Source: Spirochaetia bacterium (lineage in GTDB: Bacteria > Spirochaetota > Spirochaetia > CADAEX01). Taken from it: DNA of 64,000 nt. Each line of letters opens with the position of its first letter. The stretch's first letter is position 1. Shown here one piece after another: positions 60,470 to 64,000 of the stretch. The stretch covers positions 1 to 64,000 of the forward strand of contig CAXXHA010000036.1 of assembly GCA_963662265.2 (NCBI GenBank). Direction: 5' to 3'. Made by a program: the position numbers and the translations under genes. The notes under the pieces were generated by a model. That model did not search any database. It had not been told where the DNA came from and was given only the letters and a program-made list of their open reading frames with translations.

Positions 60470-60961
60470 ATGCCTGACAGGGAATCTATTTTTATCTGTA
60501 CAGTTAAAAATCAGCCGGGTGTCATGGAAAAGGTTACAGATGTATTCGGGGAACTGGAAATAAATATAAAATCAGTCTGTGCAGCTCCTATTCATCAGAT
60601 GGGGAAATCAAGCATAGTTATTGTTGCTGAAAAAAGCACAGTTCAGCCTGCCGCAATTGAGGAAATACTCCGGAGTAAAATGGATTATATAATTGTCAAG
60701 GATGCGGAGCGGGGAGATATTTACGAGAGGGAACTTGCTCTTATCTGTGTAAAATGTGAGATAGGACATACTGCCCATATTATGCAGACTGCTGAAATGT
60801 TTGATGCTGATGTACTTGGAATCGGACGGGAAAGCATAACTTTTGAAAAAACCGGCTCCCCCGAAAAAGTTGATGCATTTATCAAGGCTCTTGAGGATTA
60901 CGGAATAATAAGACTTACAAGATCAGGCCGTGCAGTGATGGAAAAAGAGGAGGTGAGCTGA
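60470..60961 (+). CDS. Acetolactate synthase small-subunit-like (IlvN/IlvH) ACT protein, divergent
   Basis: VKNQPGVM..V..VF...INI.S, ERELALI.V, TG...KVDAFI..L..YGI..LTRSG; no large subunit adjacent. Confidence 0.8.
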   Translation: MPDRESIFICTVKNQPGVMEKVTDVFGELEINIKSVCAAPIHQMGKSSIVIVAEKSTVQPAAIEEILRSKMDYIIVKDAERGDIYERELALICVKCEIGHTAHIMQTAEMFDADVLGIGRESITFEKTGSPEKVDAFIKALEDYGIIRLTRSGRAVMEKEEVS

Positions 60962-60963
60962 AA

Positions 60964-61881
60964 GTGGTCAGATCGCTTGACGAAATAATATCTCTCGCCA
61001 GGAAAATCAAACCGAAAAAAAGGCTGTTTGTTGCTGCTGCAGATGAACATGCCGCAATAGAATCATGTTCTCTCGCATACCGTGAAGGGCTTGCTGAAAT
61101 AACACTTGTAGGTGATAAATCAAATATTGAGAAAATTGCAAAAAAAGACAGTATTGATCTCAGGGGGCTTGAAATACTGGATGTTCAGGATGAAAAAGAT
61201 GCTCTTGTAAGCTGTATGGAAAATTACAGGGACGGAAAAGCAGATATTATCATGAAGGGAAAGATAAGCACCGGGAAATTGATGCAGACAGCCCTTAAAA
61301 GGGAATACGGCCTGAGGACAAACCGTATACTGAGCCATATCGCGGTGTTTGAACACGAGGGAAGACTTGTGATCCTGTCTGACGGAGGGATGAATATTTC
61401 TCCGGATATAGGGAGAAAGGCCGGTATTATTGATAACAGCGTACAGGTGGCCCATGCTCTGGGAATAGAAAATCCAAAAGTTGCAATTCTTGCAGCAGTT
61501 GAGAAAATACAGCTTAAAGCAATGCCTGTTACAAGGGATGCTGTAATCTTAAGCATGATGAATAAACGGGGAGAGATAAAAGACTGCGTAGTGGAAGGTC
61601 CCCTGTCACTGGATCTGGCTTTAAGCCGCCATTCGGCAGAAACAAAAGGGGTTAAGGGGCAAGTTTCTGGAAATGCAGACATAATTATTGCTCCGGATAT
61701 TTCCTGCGGCAATATGATTTATAAGTCAATTACTACTATACGGAAATCGCCGCTGGCAGGACTTGTTACGGGAAGCAGGACCCCCATGATAATTGTGAGC
61801 AGGGCGGATGAGACAAAAACCAAGCTTTACTCTGTAGGTACAGGAATTTATTTTGCACATAAATTTACTGAAGATGAATAG
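60964..61881 (+). CDS. ptb: Phosphate butyryl/branched-chain acyltransferase
   Basis: MKGKIST, LSH, SDGGMNI.P, GPLSLDLA, PDISCGN, SRAD. Confidence 0.9.
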   Translation: MVRSLDEIISLARKIKPKKRLFVAAADEHAAIESCSLAYREGLAEITLVGDKSNIEKIAKKDSIDLRGLEILDVQDEKDALVSCMENYRDGKADIIMKGKISTGKLMQTALKREYGLRTNRILSHIAVFEHEGRLVILSDGGMNISPDIGRKAGIIDNSVQVAHALGIENPKVAILAAVEKIQLKAMPVTRDAVILSMMNKRGEIKDCVVEGPLSLDLALSRHSAETKGVKGQVSGNADIIIAPDISCGNMIYKSITTIRKSPLAGLVTGSRTPMIIVSRADETKTKLYSVGTGIYFAHKFTEDE

Positions 61882-61893
61882 TTGGAGATGCAA

Positions 61894-62964
61894 ATGAATA
61901 AAAAGCCTTTGATTCTTGTAATAAATCCCGGTTCCACTTCTACCAAGCTTGCGCTGTTTGATGGTGAGGATACAAGAAAAGAAATAAATATAAAACACAG
62001 CCATGAAGAGGTTGACCGGAGTAAATCTGTAAACAGCCAGATAGAAATGAGGACTTCTGCAGTTGAAGAATTTCTTGCAGATTCCGGCATTGATTTAAAC
62101 AGCCTTGACTGCATCATGGCCAGGGGAGGGCTTCTTAAGCCTCTCGAGGGGGGTGTTTACAGGATAGACAGGAATATGTGTGATGATCTGTTTTCCGGAA
62201 ATTACGGGGAGCATGCATCAAATCTTGCCGGCCTTATTGCCTCGAGACTTTCTGACAAGTCAGGAGTTAAAGCCTTTATTGCCGATCCTGTTGTTGTTGA
62301 CGAGCTTAACCCGCTTGCCAGGTATTCAGGTCACCCTGAAATAAAAAGGAGAACAGTGTTTCACGCTCTAAATCAGAAGGCTGTTGCAGATCTTCTCGAG
62401 AAAGAGACAGGTCTTAAGAAAGAGGAGAGTGTTTTTATAATTGCCCACATGGGCGGTGGGATCAGCATTGGAATTCATGAAAACGGAAGAGTTACTGATG
62501 TAAACAATGCTATTGATGGAGAAGGTCCTTTTACACCTGAAAGGACAGGAGAGCTGCCTGTTCTTTCTGCTGTAAAGTATTTCATGGACAGGAATATGAA
62601 TTATTCAGAAATTAAAAATTTTATCGCAAGGTCGGGAGGACTTCTTGCATACCTGGGAACTACAGATTTTTCTGAAATTGCTGAAAGGGCAAAGACTGAT
62701 CCGGACTGGCATGAGGTAATTGAAGCTCTCGGCTATCAGATTTCAAAGACTATCGCTTCCCTTTCTGCAGTTACACATGGAAGGGTAGATGCAATTGCGC
62801 TTACAGGCGGGCTCTCCTATTCAAAAACACTGACGGGGATAATAAAGAAAAGAGTTTCGTTTCTTGCCCCTGTTTATCTCTATCCTGAAAGCGAAGAGAT
62901 GAAAGCTCTTGCAATGAATGGTATTTCTGTTTTAAATGGAGAACGGGAGATAAAGAAATATTAG
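61894..62964 (+). CDS. buk: Butyrate/branched-chain carboxylate kinase
   Basis: INPGSTSTK, RGGLLKP, HASNL, FHALNQK, HMGGGIS, GEGPFTPER. Confidence 0.95.
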   Translation: MNKKPLILVINPGSTSTKLALFDGEDTRKEINIKHSHEEVDRSKSVNSQIEMRTSAVEEFLADSGIDLNSLDCIMARGGLLKPLEGGVYRIDRNMCDDLFSGNYGEHASNLAGLIASRLSDKSGVKAFIADPVVVDELNPLARYSGHPEIKRRTVFHALNQKAVADLLEKETGLKKEESVFIIAHMGGGISIGIHENGRVTDVNNAIDGEGPFTPERTGELPVLSAVKYFMDRNMNYSEIKNFIARSGGLLAYLGTTDFSEIAERAKTDPDWHEVIEALGYQISKTIASLSAVTHGRVDAIALTGGLSYSKTLTGIIKKRVSFLAPVYLYPESEEMKALAMNGISVLNGEREIKKY

Positions 62965-63774
62965 ATGATTTTTATTTATGCAGCTCTGCTTTTTCTGATT
63001 TCATTTGTAATCGGTATTGTAGCGGTAATAGGGGGAATAGGGGGCGGCTCTATCTTTGTTCCTGTAATTTCCGCTTTTTTCCCTTTCAGTTTTGATTTTG
63101 TCAGGGGGGCTGGCCTTTTTGTTGCTCTCGGGAGTTCTCTTTCAGCCGGACCCAGGCTTATTGAATCGGGGTATGCCAGGCTTAGACTTGCTCTCCCGTT
63201 TGCACTTTCAGGCGCAGTTTTCTCAATCCTGGGAGCAAGGGCAGGCCTGCTTCTTGATGATGTAACAGTTAGTTTTATTCTGGGCATACTCATGATATTT
63301 GTATCGTTTTTCATGCTCTTCAAAAAAGGGGGCAGAAAAGAGGGTGATCCTTCAGGCGATGATTTTTCCTTTAAAGATCTTTTCTCGTCCGGTAGGAGAG
63401 TCAGGACAATAAGTGCTTTTATAAGTTTTTCATTTATAGGATTTATTGCAGGGATGTTCGGTCTTGGAGCAGGTTGGGCAGGTGTGCCTGTTCTCAATCT
63501 TCTTGTCGGAGCCCCCTTGAGAATTGCTGCAGGGACAAGCAATATAATTATTTCTGTAAATGTTTCATCTGCAATCTGGGTCTATCTGAAAAACAATGCA
63601 GTATTTCCTCTTATAGCAATTCCCTCTTTTCTGGGAATGTTTATCGGATCACGAATAGGTGCATCGCTTCTCGGGAAAGTAAAGCCCGGGTTTATCCGGA
63701 TCGCAGTTATTCTTTTCCTCCTGTTTTCAGGGGGGCGGCTTGCATATACCAATGCCTGTCTGTTATTCTTTTAA
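62965..63774 (+). CDS. TauE/SafE (TSUP) family membrane transporter
   Basis: GGIGGGSIFVP and GMFGLGAGW..VP internal repeats, A.GTS; about 8 TM segments. Confidence 0.88.
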   Translation: MIFIYAALLFLISFVIGIVAVIGGIGGGSIFVPVISAFFPFSFDFVRGAGLFVALGSSLSAGPRLIESGYARLRLALPFALSGAVFSILGARAGLLLDDVTVSFILGILMIFVSFFMLFKKGGRKEGDPSGDDFSFKDLFSSGRRVRTISAFISFSFIGFIAGMFGLGAGWAGVPVLNLLVGAPLRIAAGTSNIIISVNVSSAIWVYLKNNAVFPLIAIPSFLGMFIGSRIGASLLGKVKPGFIRIAVILFLLFSGGRLAYTNACLLFF

Positions 63775-63788
63775 AAAAGAGGGTTGTT

Positions 63789-64000
63789 TTGTCTGACAGA
63801 AATATTGAAAGAAAATATCCCAGGTTTTTTTCTACTGTCGTAAGGGTGCTTCTCATACTGATGGTTGTCTCATTTATATTCAATGCGGCAGAATTTGCCC
63901 TGGACAGGAACAAGGCATCAGCAGCTTCCGCTGCAGCATTCACAGGCGGCAGTATTCCTGATTCATTAACAGGTACAGTTTTAATGGCTGCTGTCAGGCT
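63789..64000 (+). CDS. Membrane protein, N-terminal part (possibly a DUF1634-like TSUP partner), runs off the window edge
   Basis: SD AGAGGG, TTG start, open to the window end: MSDRNIERKYPRFFSTVVRVLLILMVVSFIFNA... Confidence 0.55.
   Translation, partial: MSDRNIERKYPRFFSTVVRVLLILMVVSFIFNAAEFALDRNKASAASAAAFTGGSIPDSLTGTVLMAAVR

Noticed and set aside
520-63943. Numerous antisense or alternate-frame ORFs in the track (e.g. 5230..5772, 14831..15367, 20485..20871, 36380..36889, 62976..63542)
   Set aside because: They overlap well-supported genes and show no motifs or SD sequences; treated as shadow ORFs.

Overview
Chromosomal window (~39-40% GC) from a free-living, probably anaerobic spirochaete (Spirochaetaceae-like). 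The taxon is inferred from the TPR lipoprotein/MltD/SH3 envelope genes and the 'FA(x)GGxE' signal peptides of the solute-binding proteins. No rRNA, tRNA, CRISPR array, transposase or prophage was seen. Housekeeping and transport genes include mntP, plsC, proXVW with a divergent EctR/CosR-like MarR, icd, pyc, ugpBAEC-like, tctCBA and ptb-buk. The highlight is a ~16 kb signalling island (24.2-40.3 kb). A stressosome operon (PAS-STAS RsbR, RsbS, RsbT, RsbX) is coupled to a hybrid histidine kinase whose only input domain looks like a catalytically dead RsbT copy, and its RsbS carries Arg at the canonical phospho-Ser. The operon is divergent from two REC-HD-GYP phosphodiesterases, a second hybrid kinase, a lone REC protein and an SBP/GGDEF-EAL pair. 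Other candidates: a PhnD-like SBP pair + kinase + sigma54 activator next to a TTT transporter (with a clear -24/-12 promoter and UAS sites); an HTH-EIIA/antiporter operon with 10-bp-phased direct repeats; an orphan IlvN-like ACT protein heading ptb-buk; a degenerate GGDEF receptor; and several apparently leaderless genes. All family calls come from recognised motifs; no database search was run.
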